Notes under the pieces: model-generated
Databases searched by the model: none
Told to the model about the DNA's origin: nothing
Seen by the model: the letters and a program-made list of their open reading frames with translations, nothing else
Made by a program: the position numbers and the translations under genes
In this document: positions 18,482 to 27,351 of the stretch, in pieces
How the letters are laid out: every line of letters starts with the position of its first letter
Numbering within the stretch: position 1 is the stretch's first letter
From: a virus
DNA length: 64,000 nucleotides
Direction: 5' to 3' (one strand)
Virus record (IMG/VR): IMGVR_UViG_3300028025_000090

Positions 18482-18895
18482 TTAAGACTTCTTCGCAGCG
18501 ATGAACGCTTGTTGCAGAGCAGCGAGATCAGAAGCGATACGACCAATCTTAACTTGTTGTCTTTGCAAGTTTCCTAAAATAGAATCAGGATTTGCAGTGG
18601 CTAGAACGCTTTGAATGCTGTTTGGTTGATCACCATTCAAATAACCAAGGAACTTATCAATGTTATTACTCCATTTATCGACAACGCCCACCATTTGCTC
18701 ATTCTGACGAGCGACAGCATCACCAATTTCATCCATAGCATTTGGATCGGGCTCAACATCCACATCGTAATCATCGAGATTCACACCATCATCTAATTGT
18801 CCACCAGCAGCAGCTTCTTCAGCAGCAGGATCGAAATCGAGTTCAGGTGCTTCTCTGAGTAATTTAATGAATTTAGCTTGAAATTTGTTTCGCAT
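18482..18895 (-). CDS. Hypothetical late protein, acidic with coiled coil (possible head core/internal protein)
   Basis: 137 aa; TAAATA-N5-ATG; MRNKFQAKFIKLLREA. Confidence 0.6.
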   Translation of the reverse strand: MRNKFQAKFIKLLREAPELDFDPAAEEAAAGGQLDDGVNLDDYDVDVEPDPNAMDEIGDAVARQNEQMVGVVDKWSNNIDKFLGYLNGDQPNSIQSVLATANPDSILGNLQRQQVKIGRIASDLAALQQAFIAAKKS

Positions 18896-18931
18896 ACTAT
18901 TATTTAGCTGAAATGATTAAATAATCTATAT

Positions 18932-19285
18932 ATGGCTGCTTCTAATTCTCCTTATTCCACTGCAATCGCTTCTGGTGCTATTGATTTTGATTTCAAAAAT
19001 CCTTTAAATCCTTCTGAGCAGATGAGAAAATACAAAACGGACGAGAAATTGGCGCAAGCACCAGACACTCTCCCATATGAATTCGAGGGTCTACCTCAAT
19101 ATTTGGCTAATATCCAAGATAGTGCATTTCAAGCGTCTTCTAAATTGGATAATATTATTAAAATGGAAAAATATCAACAAAATGGTGATCTAATTAAGCT
19201 AAAAGGTAATCTGGAGAAGATCATGATGTATTTGATGAAAAATGGTGACAAGATATTGTCGAATTATACCATTGGCAACGATTAA
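18932..19285 (+). CDS. Hypothetical protein
   Basis: 117 aa; TAAATA 8 nt upstream. Confidence 0.6.
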   Translation: MAASNSPYSTAIASGAIDFDFKNPLNPSEQMRKYKTDEKLAQAPDTLPYEFEGLPQYLANIQDSAFQASSKLDNIIKMEKYQQNGDLIKLKGNLEKIMMYLMKNGDKILSNYTIGND

Positions 19286-19300
19286 AAACTAGATTATAGT
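19272..19300 (+). promoter_or_regulatory. Sigma70-type promoter
   Basis: TTGGCA-N17-TATAGT, 6 nt before ATG 19307. Confidence 0.45.
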
Positions 19301-19306
19301 TGGGGC

Positions 19307-19789
19307 ATGTTTAAAATCCCCAAAAAATCAAAAATGAAGCGTATTCATGGGAATGTCTCCATGAGCAACTGTTTTTTAATTAATATGAGCAATAAAAAGA
19401 AAAAGAAAAACAAACAGAAGTGGCTAACTGACAAGCTAAAAGGTGATTGGATGGATAAAGATTCGATTATTGAAATTGCTCTTTTCAATTCCTTAATTCA
19501 TTATGTTGAAAAAGAAGATGGGCTTAATGACAGTTGTTATGACTTTTCTGAAGAGTTACAAAAGGGACATGTCAGACAGGATACTGTGGATGCCATCAAA
19601 CTCAGACAAAAAGAACTTAACGATGTGTATCTTTATCTGAAAAATGAGCGTCCTGCTTTGAAAAAACAGGTTGATGAGTGGGATGGGACTAATATTGATG
19701 AATTTGTAGCACTAGAAGATTCGCTTTTGAATAAAGATACAGAATTGATGAATACAATTGTAAAATACAGAGGATACATGTGGACATGA
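19307..19789 (+). CDS. Hypothetical protein
   Basis: 160 aa ORF ending YRGYMWT. Confidence 0.55.
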   Translation: MFKIPKKSKMKRIHGNVSMSNCFLINMSNKKKKKNKQKWLTDKLKGDWMDKDSIIEIALFNSLIHYVEKEDGLNDSCYDFSEELQKGHVRQDTVDAIKLRQKELNDVYLYLKNERPALKKQVDEWDGTNIDEFVALEDSLLNKDTELMNTIVKYRGYMWT

Positions 19790-19814
19790 AATCAAATTGT
19801 AGAGGATTGAGAAA

Positions 19815-20573
19815 ATGAAAGATAATAGTATTGAAAATCACGAAGCATATAAAAATTGCGAAGGAAAGCTAATCTGTCAATTGATCGGTGGTTCTACTTT
19901 GTATGGATTGAACACGCCAGAGTCCGATGTTGATTATCGTGGTCTATTTGTTGCTAAAAATAAGCGATATCTAGCTAATTTGGATAATATTGAATCGATT
20001 GTCCAGACTGATGACATTGATTCTACTTATTATGAGATCACTCGATACTTAAAATTATTGAGAAAGAGCAATACTCAGGTATTGGAGATATTATTCGCTC
20101 CCGACACAGCATTTACATACAAACATCCAATCTTTGATGAGATTGCGTCCCATGCTTACGATCTAATCGACACTAATACCCTTAAAAATTCATTAAAGGG
20201 TTATGTATTCAGCGAAATTCGATTGGCTACTGGGCAAAGAAGCGGTCAATTAGGCGGTAAGAGGAAAAAAGCAGTGGAAACCTATGGGTTCAGTCCAAAA
20301 AACTTTGTTCAAATTCTTCGATTGTGTAAAGTCGGTATTGAGTTCTTCACCACTGGTAAATACATGGTAAACGTCAAGGAATTTGATGAGAAGTATTGGG
20401 AGAAATTGATGGATTTAAAAACTAGCCCACAATACTACACATGCGAGCAATTGGAACAAATGGTGAACGAAGAATTTGGCAAGTTGGAAGGAATCATGGA
20501 GTCATCTAAGATCTCTTTCAAATTTGATCCAGACATTGCAGCAGATATTATTTTAAAAGCAAAACAAATATGA
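19815..20573 (+). CDS. Predicted nucleotidyltransferase (Pol-beta superfamily, RlaP/NrdC.11-like)
   Basis: GGSTLYGLNTPESDVDYRGLF (GS..YG....SD.D), SNTQVLEILF. Confidence 0.82.
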   Translation: MKDNSIENHEAYKNCEGKLICQLIGGSTLYGLNTPESDVDYRGLFVAKNKRYLANLDNIESIVQTDDIDSTYYEITRYLKLLRKSNTQVLEILFAPDTAFTYKHPIFDEIASHAYDLIDTNTLKNSLKGYVFSEIRLATGQRSGQLGGKRKKAVETYGFSPKNFVQILRLCKVGIEFFTTGKYMVNVKEFDEKYWEKLMDLKTSPQYYTCEQLEQMVNEEFGKLEGIMESSKISFKFDPDIAADIILKAKQI

Positions 20574-21085
20574 AATACGGGAAACAGATATTATTGGGAG
20601 TAGTGGCTTCAAGTGCCATTGCTTATGGGTTATCAGATAATTTGGAGTCATTCTCTAAAACATTCGTCTTAGCTGGATTAGGTTACGGTTCGATTTATTA
20701 CTGGTCGCAAAATAAGAAGACAAATGATAAAAGAGTGGAAGAATTGGAAGAACTTTTGGGAAAGAAAAAAGTTGATGAGCGCGTCGAGACTCTGGAGAAT
20801 ATGCTTCAAGAATCCGATGTGGTAATCACGGAGCAAGAAGAAGTTATTAAAAATTATGAGGAACTATTGGACGATGCATCTGTCAAATTCCCTTGTAATT
20901 GTGGTAACAACATGTTCGATGGCATTTTTAAACCAATGGAAGAATTTGTTGTTGAATGTGACTACTGCAAAAACAAATATTCCGTCACACTTAAATTGGA
21001 TACTATACTGATCACTGAACCAATCGAAGAACTTAACATTGATAAACTAATTAACGAAAATACAAATGATAAAAATAGAAACTAA
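20570..21085 (+). CDS. Membrane-anchored coiled-coil protein with C-terminal Zn ribbon
   Basis: Two N-terminal hydrophobic stretches, E/K heptads, CNC...CDYC. Confidence 0.55.
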   Translation: MKYGKQILLGVVASSAIAYGLSDNLESFSKTFVLAGLGYGSIYYWSQNKKTNDKRVEELEELLGKKKVDERVETLENMLQESDVVITEQEEVIKNYEELLDDASVKFPCNCGNNMFDGIFKPMEEFVVECDYCKNKYSVTLKLDTILITEPIEELNIDKLINENTNDKNRN

Positions 21086-21296
21086 AAAAGGAAATGTGGA
21101 AATGACACTGACTGAATTTGCAAGATGGGCATGTTTAGCGGAAGCATTTATCTTCATTGAAAACAAAGCTGAAGAACTAAACATTAACCCTATTAACATG
21201 ATTAAGCCACTGGCAATTGAAAAATACATTGATGAGCGATACCATGCAATGCTTTCTGATGTTCGATATGAGTATGATTTAGGAATTTTGGAGTAA
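21066..21296 (+). CDS. Hypothetical protein
   Basis: 76 aa ORF overlapping the previous gene. Confidence 0.55.
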   Translation: MIKIETKKGNVEMTLTEFARWACLAEAFIFIENKAEELNINPINMIKPLAIEKYIDERYHAMLSDVRYEYDLGILE

Positions 21297-22118
21297 TCCT
21301 ATAACTTCTTTCTCAATTTCCGATTGTTTATCTTCCGATAATACGTCTTTGAAATGTTCTTTCAATTCGTTTGTCGGAAGATTCAATTCGTGAAAACCTA
21401 ACATGTAATTACGAAATCTTTCTTCGTATTTGTTCGGATAAGTGACCCCATTTGGTCTATTAAAACGATGTAACCATCTTAAAAACGGTAAGCACAATGT
21501 TCTTTTACCATTTTTTATGTATTTTTTATGAATATATCCTTCTTCTCCACCGAATCCACGAAATTCTTTGTTAAATCCTAACCAAGAATTTTTTCTACAC
21601 GAGAAAAGACCAAGACCCTGAGAGGGGATTTCAAAGGGATCGTTATCTTTATCTGATCCTCTTTCATCTGTTTGCCAAGTGCCTAACATATGTCCTCTCC
21701 ATGTAAAGTCGAAATGAGTTGAATAATTTTTCAAATCATCATAAATGATCGGTCCTTGTAGGAGATTACCATCATCTAAACCACTGTCATAAAAATCTAT
21801 CAGTCTTTTTAAAGATCCTTTTTCCAAAAGGACATGAGAATCAATTGATAACACATAGGGAGTATCTGCCAACTCGAATATTTTATTTCTAATACTGGTT
21901 GATTTGTATTTTACGAAAGGAAGATATTGAAACGGTTCTTTCATCCAATTTGTTAAATCCCTTATCGCTTTACCATGATTTGAATCAGGATTATTATCAA
22001 TAATTACAAATTCGATATTATCCAAAACTTCCGAATGATACATTCTTATCGCTTGAATGGTGAAATATACCCCATCATAATCATCATGTGTCGCCATTCC
22101 AATGGTCAGTTTTCGCAT
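21279..22118 (-). CDS. Glycosyltransferase family 2
   Basis: LTIGMAT, FVIIDNNPDS, VLSIDSHV (DxH), GLGLFSCRK, FRGFGGEE, WLHRF. Confidence 0.85.
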   Translation of the reverse strand: MRKLTIGMATHDDYDGVYFTIQAIRMYHSEVLDNIEFVIIDNNPDSNHGKAIRDLTNWMKEPFQYLPFVKYKSTSIRNKIFELADTPYVLSIDSHVLLEKGSLKRLIDFYDSGLDDGNLLQGPIIYDDLKNYSTHFDFTWRGHMLGTWQTDERGSDKDNDPFEIPSQGLGLFSCRKNSWLGFNKEFRGFGGEEGYIHKKYIKNGKRTLCLPFLRWLHRFNRPNGVTYPNKYEERFRNYMLGFHELNLPTNELKEHFKDVLSEDKQSEIEKEVIGLLQNS

Positions 22119-22129
22119 GTAAATAATTA

Positions 22130-22624
22130 TTAGAATCCTAATTTATTACAAGTATTATCTATACATTTTGGAATTAAAATTGTTGGAATAGTAGTCGTAG
22201 TAGTCGTGGTAGTTGTAGTAGTTGTAGTGGTCGTGTTTGTTATATTGATATTTAAAGGATTTAAAGTGCTTGGTGGTGTCAACGAAACCGATAATGGTGG
22301 TATAGAGATAGTGGTAAAATTCGGCACAATAGGTGGTAAATTTACCGTGACTTCTGGTGGAGGTACGCAACATTTTTCAGTTGTTGTTTCAGGTGGAACA
22401 GTTGTTGTTGGCGGTGGAGTCGTTGTAGCAGTGGTAGAAGTAGACGTAGAAGTAGAGGTAGATGTAGAAGTAGATGTAGTAGGTGGAGGAGTAGTAGATG
22501 TAGAGGTAGATGTAGAGGTAGATGTAGTAGGTGAAGGAGTAGTAGATGTAGTAGGTGGAGGAGTAGTAGATGTAGTAGGTGGAGTAGTAGTAGTAGTAGG
22601 TTGAAAAGTAGTAGTAGTAGACAT
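22130..22624 (-). CDS. Thr/Ser/Pro-rich mucin-like protein
   Basis: Mostly T/S/P runs (TTTTTPP, TSTSTS), CC pair mid-protein, C-terminal C..C. Sits between fibre genes and GT2 with 11-35 nt spacers. Confidence 0.6.
   Translation of the reverse strand: MSTTTTFQPTTTTTPPTTSTTPPPTTSTTPSPTTSTSTSTSTSTTPPPTTSTSTSTSTSTSTSTTATTTPPPTTTVPPETTTEKCCVPPPEVTVNLPPIVPNFTTISIPPLSVSLTPPSTLNPLNINITNTTTTTTTTTTTTTTTIPTILIPKCIDNTCNKLGF
22190..22620. repeat. Low-complexity codon repeats (GTA/GATGTA/GAGGTA) encoding Thr/Ser runs
   Basis: Directly visible trinucleotide and hexanucleotide repeats. Confidence 0.85.
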
Positions 22625-22659
22625 GATAGAATATAGATTTACGAAATTTATTTTTTAAA

Positions 22660-23127
22660 TTACATTAAAATATAATTATTATCAGTCACTATGTAAAACG
22701 TATTCGCATCCCGAGTACTTGATAAAGTTGAAAAAGTTGTTCTATTAGTGCTTACTAAATTTGTTATAGTACTTCCAAAAACAGATATTTGTGTGTTGCT
22801 ATCAATTCCTTTACCTCCAATAGCCTCCCAATCGCCAATATTAGCTCCAGTGCCACTCTTCAATCGATATAGTATTTTGGTGTCACTATTATAAACAGTG
22901 TCTCCAATTTCTGCTGGAGCGACACTGGTGATATTTGTCACTGTCCCTTTAAATAGATTACCAGCGAGGACACCACCAGTCGTCACTCCATCACCAATAA
23001 ATAATCTTTTGGTATCAGTAGTGAAAGCAGGTTCCCCCGAATTAAAAATTATATTTCGGCGTTCATTATCAGTTCCTTGACGGAATAAAATTTTTAATAG
23101 CGTGTTATTGAAGATTTGTATACTCAT
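22660..23127 (-). CDS. Short tail-fibre-like protein with Mtd_N/hyaluronidase-type N-terminal domain
   Basis: FRQGTDNERRNIIFNSGEPAFTTDTKRLFIGDGVTTGG. Confidence 0.7.
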   Translation of the reverse strand: MSIQIFNNTLLKILFRQGTDNERRNIIFNSGEPAFTTDTKRLFIGDGVTTGGVLAGNLFKGTVTNITSVAPAEIGDTVYNSDTKILYRLKSGTGANIGDWEAIGGKGIDSNTQISVFGSTITNLVSTNRTTFSTLSSTRDANTFYIVTDNNYILM

Positions 23128-23129
23128 GA

Positions 23130-24242
23130 TTAATATGCGAAAATTGGAATTGCGAATCTACCGAATGGTTGACCTGTTTTTGATGTGGAATCACCCTCAA
23201 AAGTTAAGAATCCAGCGGAAGATAGATTTACTACTACCGTAGTGAAACCATTTGAAGATAAAGTTCTAAATTGTGTTATTCCTAATCCTGGAATAGCACC
23301 GACTCCATCGATAGCATGTGAAGGTCTTCCATTAAAGATGGTGGATAAACTATCATTAATATTACTCCCATTACCAGTAAATGCTGAGAGGCATGTCAGT
23401 GTTGTGAAAACAGACCTTTGAACTGCTTTTCTATCGCCAATATCTTCCCATGCACTTAATGAATCATTAGTCGATTCAAATGCTTGATATAATACACCGC
23501 CCACGGTGGCAACATCCCCAAAATTTGCATTTAATGCTGTTAGGCTATTTACAGAACTCTGCGGAGTGAAAAATTGATTTTGATTTCCGTAAGAACTAAT
23601 CGAATTATATATTGAAGTATAATTAGCAGACAACGCACCATTAACGAATGTGAAACTATTCGGATCAGCTTTTAAAGTGATGATATTACCATTCCCACCA
23701 CTCAAACCATTACCAAATGATGATGATAATATTTCTCTAGTGGTGATTGAAGCAGCGTTTAACGATAATTTATTAGCTGAAAGACTGAAAAATGTTGGAT
23801 TGTAATTAATTTCCAACTTGCCATTTAAGATATGTAACCCATTACTAACAGTAGCAGGGTTTATTTTGGAAGCTGAAAGACCACTCAATTTTAAATTGAT
23901 AGTCGAAGACGAATCATACTCAAATTCTTGTGATATTTTCGTGGCAATTCTACCCCATTTTGTGATATCAGTGTAAGGATTGGCAGTCAATTGATACCAG
24001 ATATTTTGAATCGAAACAATATCACCTACTTCTGAATATGTGTCAGATAAACTGGTGAAATTGACCAAAGGTATGTGATTTTTCGTTGTCACAGAAACAC
24101 CACCACTCAATACACCGTTTCCAATGTATAAACGATTGGTATCAATTGCGTATCCAGGTTCTCCCTGATCCAAACGAATCGATTTTCTTTGATCGTTTGT
24201 CCCTCTGCGAAATTTTAATTTTGATATGTAAATGTCAGGCAT
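23130..24242 (-). CDS. Tail-fibre-like protein with Mtd_N-type N-terminal domain
   Basis: FRRGTNDQRKSIRLDQGEPGYAIDTNRLYIGNG; paralogous N-terminus to 22660..23127. Confidence 0.7.
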   Translation of the reverse strand: MPDIYISKLKFRRGTNDQRKSIRLDQGEPGYAIDTNRLYIGNGVLSGGVSVTTKNHIPLVNFTSLSDTYSEVGDIVSIQNIWYQLTANPYTDITKWGRIATKISQEFEYDSSSTINLKLSGLSASKINPATVSNGLHILNGKLEINYNPTFFSLSANKLSLNAASITTREILSSSFGNGLSGGNGNIITLKADPNSFTFVNGALSANYTSIYNSISSYGNQNQFFTPQSSVNSLTALNANFGDVATVGGVLYQAFESTNDSLSAWEDIGDRKAVQRSVFTTLTCLSAFTGNGSNINDSLSTIFNGRPSHAIDGVGAIPGLGITQFRTLSSNGFTTVVVNLSSAGFLTFEGDSTSKTGQPFGRFAIPIFAY

Positions 24243-24244
24243 AA

Positions 24245-24904
24245 TTATGAAATTCTTTTCCAGATGTATAATCCAAACGAAGGAGGTGTGTTATTATGGG
24301 CTTGATTACCACCAGTGTCCAAAATACCTATATCGCCAATATTTGCTTCTGACCCAGGTTCCCATGTTTGTTCTGGATCGTCACTTGTTAATTCAAATGG
24401 TGATCTTGTTTGATTATTCGTATTACCATTAGCACCAGTAAAACCGTGTCTATGTGTTGGCATTTCAGCTATGGACAATGTGTGTTCGTATTCACCATTG
24501 TTATCACCAAGTGAAAATGTTTTAGATGCACCGTTAATATCAGCAGAACTTCCAACACCGACTATGAACCGTCCTTCTGAAATTCTCTCCCACGCTGTGT
24601 TGGGGAATAAGAAACTCGGTGGAATCGTTGGTTCCACACTTAGATACACGCTACCCACTGGATAGATGTAATCAATTAATTTTTTCTCTGATGAGCCAAC
24701 TACTATTTTGAAATCATCAGCAGTTACTGATCCTGTGAATCTTACACCTTTTTTATCACCCCCTAATTTCATGGATGTTTTATTACCCATCCCATCATAA
24801 ACCACTTGGGGATCTGTTTCTGCTGTGAGTTCTGTATTTGATGTGTGTAACAATCCCTTGTAAGACTGCGAAACGGGTTGACTAGTGAGATTTGGGAGTG
24901 CCAT
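24245..24904 (-). CDS. Baseplate/fibre protein with gp10 C-terminal-like (collar) domain
   Basis: YPVGSVYLSV, WERISEGRFIVGVG, HTLSIAEMPTHRH, GGNQAHNNTPP, YIWKR. Confidence 0.75.
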   Translation of the reverse strand: MALPNLTSQPVSQSYKGLLHTSNTELTAETDPQVVYDGMGNKTSMKLGGDKKGVRFTGSVTADDFKIVVGSSEKKLIDYIYPVGSVYLSVEPTIPPSFLFPNTAWERISEGRFIVGVGSSADINGASKTFSLGDNNGEYEHTLSIAEMPTHRHGFTGANGNTNNQTRSPFELTSDDPEQTWEPGSEANIGDIGILDTGGNQAHNNTPPSFGLYIWKRIS

Positions 24905-24958
24905 GTTATTATTTATTTAGAAGTAATCTTTTTGCCTACTATGTAATCAATCAATATT

Positions 24959-25561
24959 TTATGAAGTTCTTTGCCATACATACAAACCAAAGCCAGGTGG
25001 TGTATTGTTATGGGGTAAACCACCACCAGTAGATTCAGTTTCAACAGTGCCACCGTCATCCCAATACCCTTTATTTTCATCATTGTCTCTATCCCCAACA
25101 TATTTAAAATCGTTTAAAGTATGGGTGTGTGCTGGCATCTCGGCAATAGTCAATGTATGTTGGTATTCACCGCTATTATCTCCTTCAGTAAATGTTTTGG
25201 TTACACTATTAACATCTTGATCAGAACCAACACCTACAATGAATCTTCCTTGTGAAATTTGAGTCCATGAAGTTCCAGTAAATCTAATTGTGGGGGGATT
25301 ATTATCAACGCTGAAATACACCGACCCAATTGGATAAAGATAGTCGATCAACGTAGCATAATTACCAATACTATAATTACCAGATGATAAAGTTCCTGTA
25401 AAAGATCCTCCATTACCATCAGATCCAATACTAAAAGATGTTTTATTACCCAAACCGTCATAAACTTTGGGCAAATTAGTTCCAGTAGTGGGAATTTTTG
25501 AGGTGTGTAGAATCCCTGTATACGAATCTGCAATGAATTGGTCTGTGAGATCAGGTAGCAT
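24959..25561 (-). CDS. Paralog of the preceding gp10 C-terminal-like protein
   Basis: YPIGSVYFSV, GRFIVGVG, HTLTIAEMPAHTH, GGGLPHNNTPP, YVWQR. Confidence 0.75.
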   Translation of the reverse strand: MLPDLTDQFIADSYTGILHTSKIPTTGTNLPKVYDGLGNKTSFSIGSDGNGGSFTGTLSSGNYSIGNYATLIDYLYPIGSVYFSVDNNPPTIRFTGTSWTQISQGRFIVGVGSDQDVNSVTKTFTEGDNSGEYQHTLTIAEMPAHTHTLNDFKYVGDRDNDENKGYWDDGGTVETESTGGGLPHNNTPPGFGLYVWQRTS

Positions 25562-25569
25562 ATTATTAT

Positions 25570-27351
25570 TTATTCTACCGTTGTCAAATTAGCAACTAAT
25601 TTTTGTTGTATTTCAGTTATTGACGTGAAAATCCTTTGCATTGTCGTCGTGTTGATACTCTCATTACCATTGATCCGTAAATTATCCAAATCGTAATCAA
25701 TTGCTTTGATATTATTCAATAATACATCATCTTTTTTGAAATTAAATGAATTTGATGCTTTAGTAAAGAGTGTTAATACGTCTTTCAGAATGTTTAAAAG
25801 GTTTTTGTTGAAGAAAATACCAAACGAATAATCACCACATGTTACATTCTTGAAATTTTTAGCAATACTATTATCAATTGCAGAGTATCTAGTGCTTACA
25901 ATAGGTTGTTTTAAAGCATATAGTCTACCAGAATTATGTAATAATGTATAATTTTTATCACCCTTAGTAATTTCACTGAATATCAGGTTATAAAAGTTAT
26001 TAGCATTCATTCTATTCGTATTCCACTTGATTGGAGCGTTACGACTGTCAAATTTACGATAAGTGTTTTTCCAGAGATAGTCGGGAGGATATTTCAAATT
26101 GAATTTCTTGAAATTACCAGCAGTGTTAATTGGATTTGATATAAATCTCGTTTCCACATTTTTAATACTTTTTATAAAGAAAATATTCGAATCATGAGTT
26201 GAAAAGGTGATATCGTAATCATCTTTATCTAAATCACTTATCTCATAATTGATAAAAGTATCGGTGATTGAATAAGGATCAAATGTAGCAATCGAATAAA
26301 CGCCATTTTTTTCATGTAAAATGATAACAAAATCGTCAATATCTCTGATATCAATAGCAGAAACGTTTTCTATGTTATATTCGAGAAGATTTACTGTTCC
26401 AAGTAAAGTTGATGATTTTTTATTCCAAAGATAAAGAATACTTCCATCGATAATAGTTCTTATATTATCACCAAATTTCATAAATTTGGTGTCATATATG
26501 CTTCTTGTAAAAAGATTAGTAGTAAATAATTTATTAGTATCGGAAAAATTTTTATCATAATCCCAAGTGAAAAGAACTTCCTCAGTAATTCCGATTTGAA
26601 GACTATCAACTAAAATCAAAGTTCCACATTCAATATAATTCAATCCTTCATAAGTTTCAATGACACCATTTATGATTATATTAATTTTATTTTCAAATTC
26701 ATCATAATTTATACCATAAACTTCTTCATCTACTGACAATTCTTGAATGCTATATGTTAATAAAGAAGTATTGTCGAACGATCCATCTATAGTTATCAAA
26801 TCATTGCCAGTTGAACAGAGATATTTGAATTTTTGATCAGATTTTACTACAAAATCACCATATTTTACCTTTTCCAAAAAACTCCATTCATTAGAATAGT
26901 CAAAATTATCAATATGGGTGACGACATCTTTACCCACCATCAAATCATTATTTATTTCATCTTTAATTGTTGATGATAGTCCATAAAAATGGCAATCGTT
27001 TTCATCAAAATCCACGATTTGAGGGTTACTAATAATCAAAGATTTGAAAACAATCAAATTGTTTGTATTGATTTTATCGAAAATTTTATCTAATTCATTT
27101 TTATTTAAAACATCGAAAGCATTAGTGTAATATGGTGTTATGCGTTGAATCGAATCAAATTGATTATCAAATTCTAATTTTTTAAGATAAAATTCTGACG
27201 AGAAATTATTTTTCGATGTCAATTCTTCAGAGAATTGGTCTTTGGTTTTGCCAGTATAGGCTATACCATTATCAACATTAAAAAATCCTGAATAATCAAT
27301 ACCATTTGAGGTAAAGGATTCACCGTTTGTATATTTAAAATATGTAATCAT
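25570..27351 (-). CDS. Virion structural protein (baseplate region)
   Basis: 593 aa, N/D/I-rich, in the baseplate operon. Confidence 0.6.
   Translation of the reverse strand: MITYFKYTNGESFTSNGIDYSGFFNVDNGIAYTGKTKDQFSEELTSKNNFSSEFYLKKLEFDNQFDSIQRITPYYTNAFDVLNKNELDKIFDKINTNNLIVFKSLIISNPQIVDFDENDCHFYGLSSTIKDEINNDLMVGKDVVTHIDNFDYSNEWSFLEKVKYGDFVVKSDQKFKYLCSTGNDLITIDGSFDNTSLLTYSIQELSVDEEVYGINYDEFENKINIIINGVIETYEGLNYIECGTLILVDSLQIGITEEVLFTWDYDKNFSDTNKLFTTNLFTRSIYDTKFMKFGDNIRTIIDGSILYLWNKKSSTLLGTVNLLEYNIENVSAIDIRDIDDFVIILHEKNGVYSIATFDPYSITDTFINYEISDLDKDDYDITFSTHDSNIFFIKSIKNVETRFISNPINTAGNFKKFNLKYPPDYLWKNTYRKFDSRNAPIKWNTNRMNANNFYNLIFSEITKGDKNYTLLHNSGRLYALKQPIVSTRYSAIDNSIAKNFKNVTCGDYSFGIFFNKNLLNILKDVLTLFTKASNSFNFKKDDVLLNNIKAIDYDLDNLRINGNESINTTTMQRIFTSITEIQQKLVANLTTVE

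Noticed and set aside
22206-22604. Plus-strand poly-Val ORF (132 aa)
   Set aside because: Antisense shadow of the Thr-rich repeat. The minus-strand ORF fits the operon direction and spacing.
22660-24242. Diversity-generating retroelement suggested by Mtd_N-type domains
   Set aside because: No reverse transcriptase, no template/variable repeat pair and no CLec-like C-terminus visible in the window
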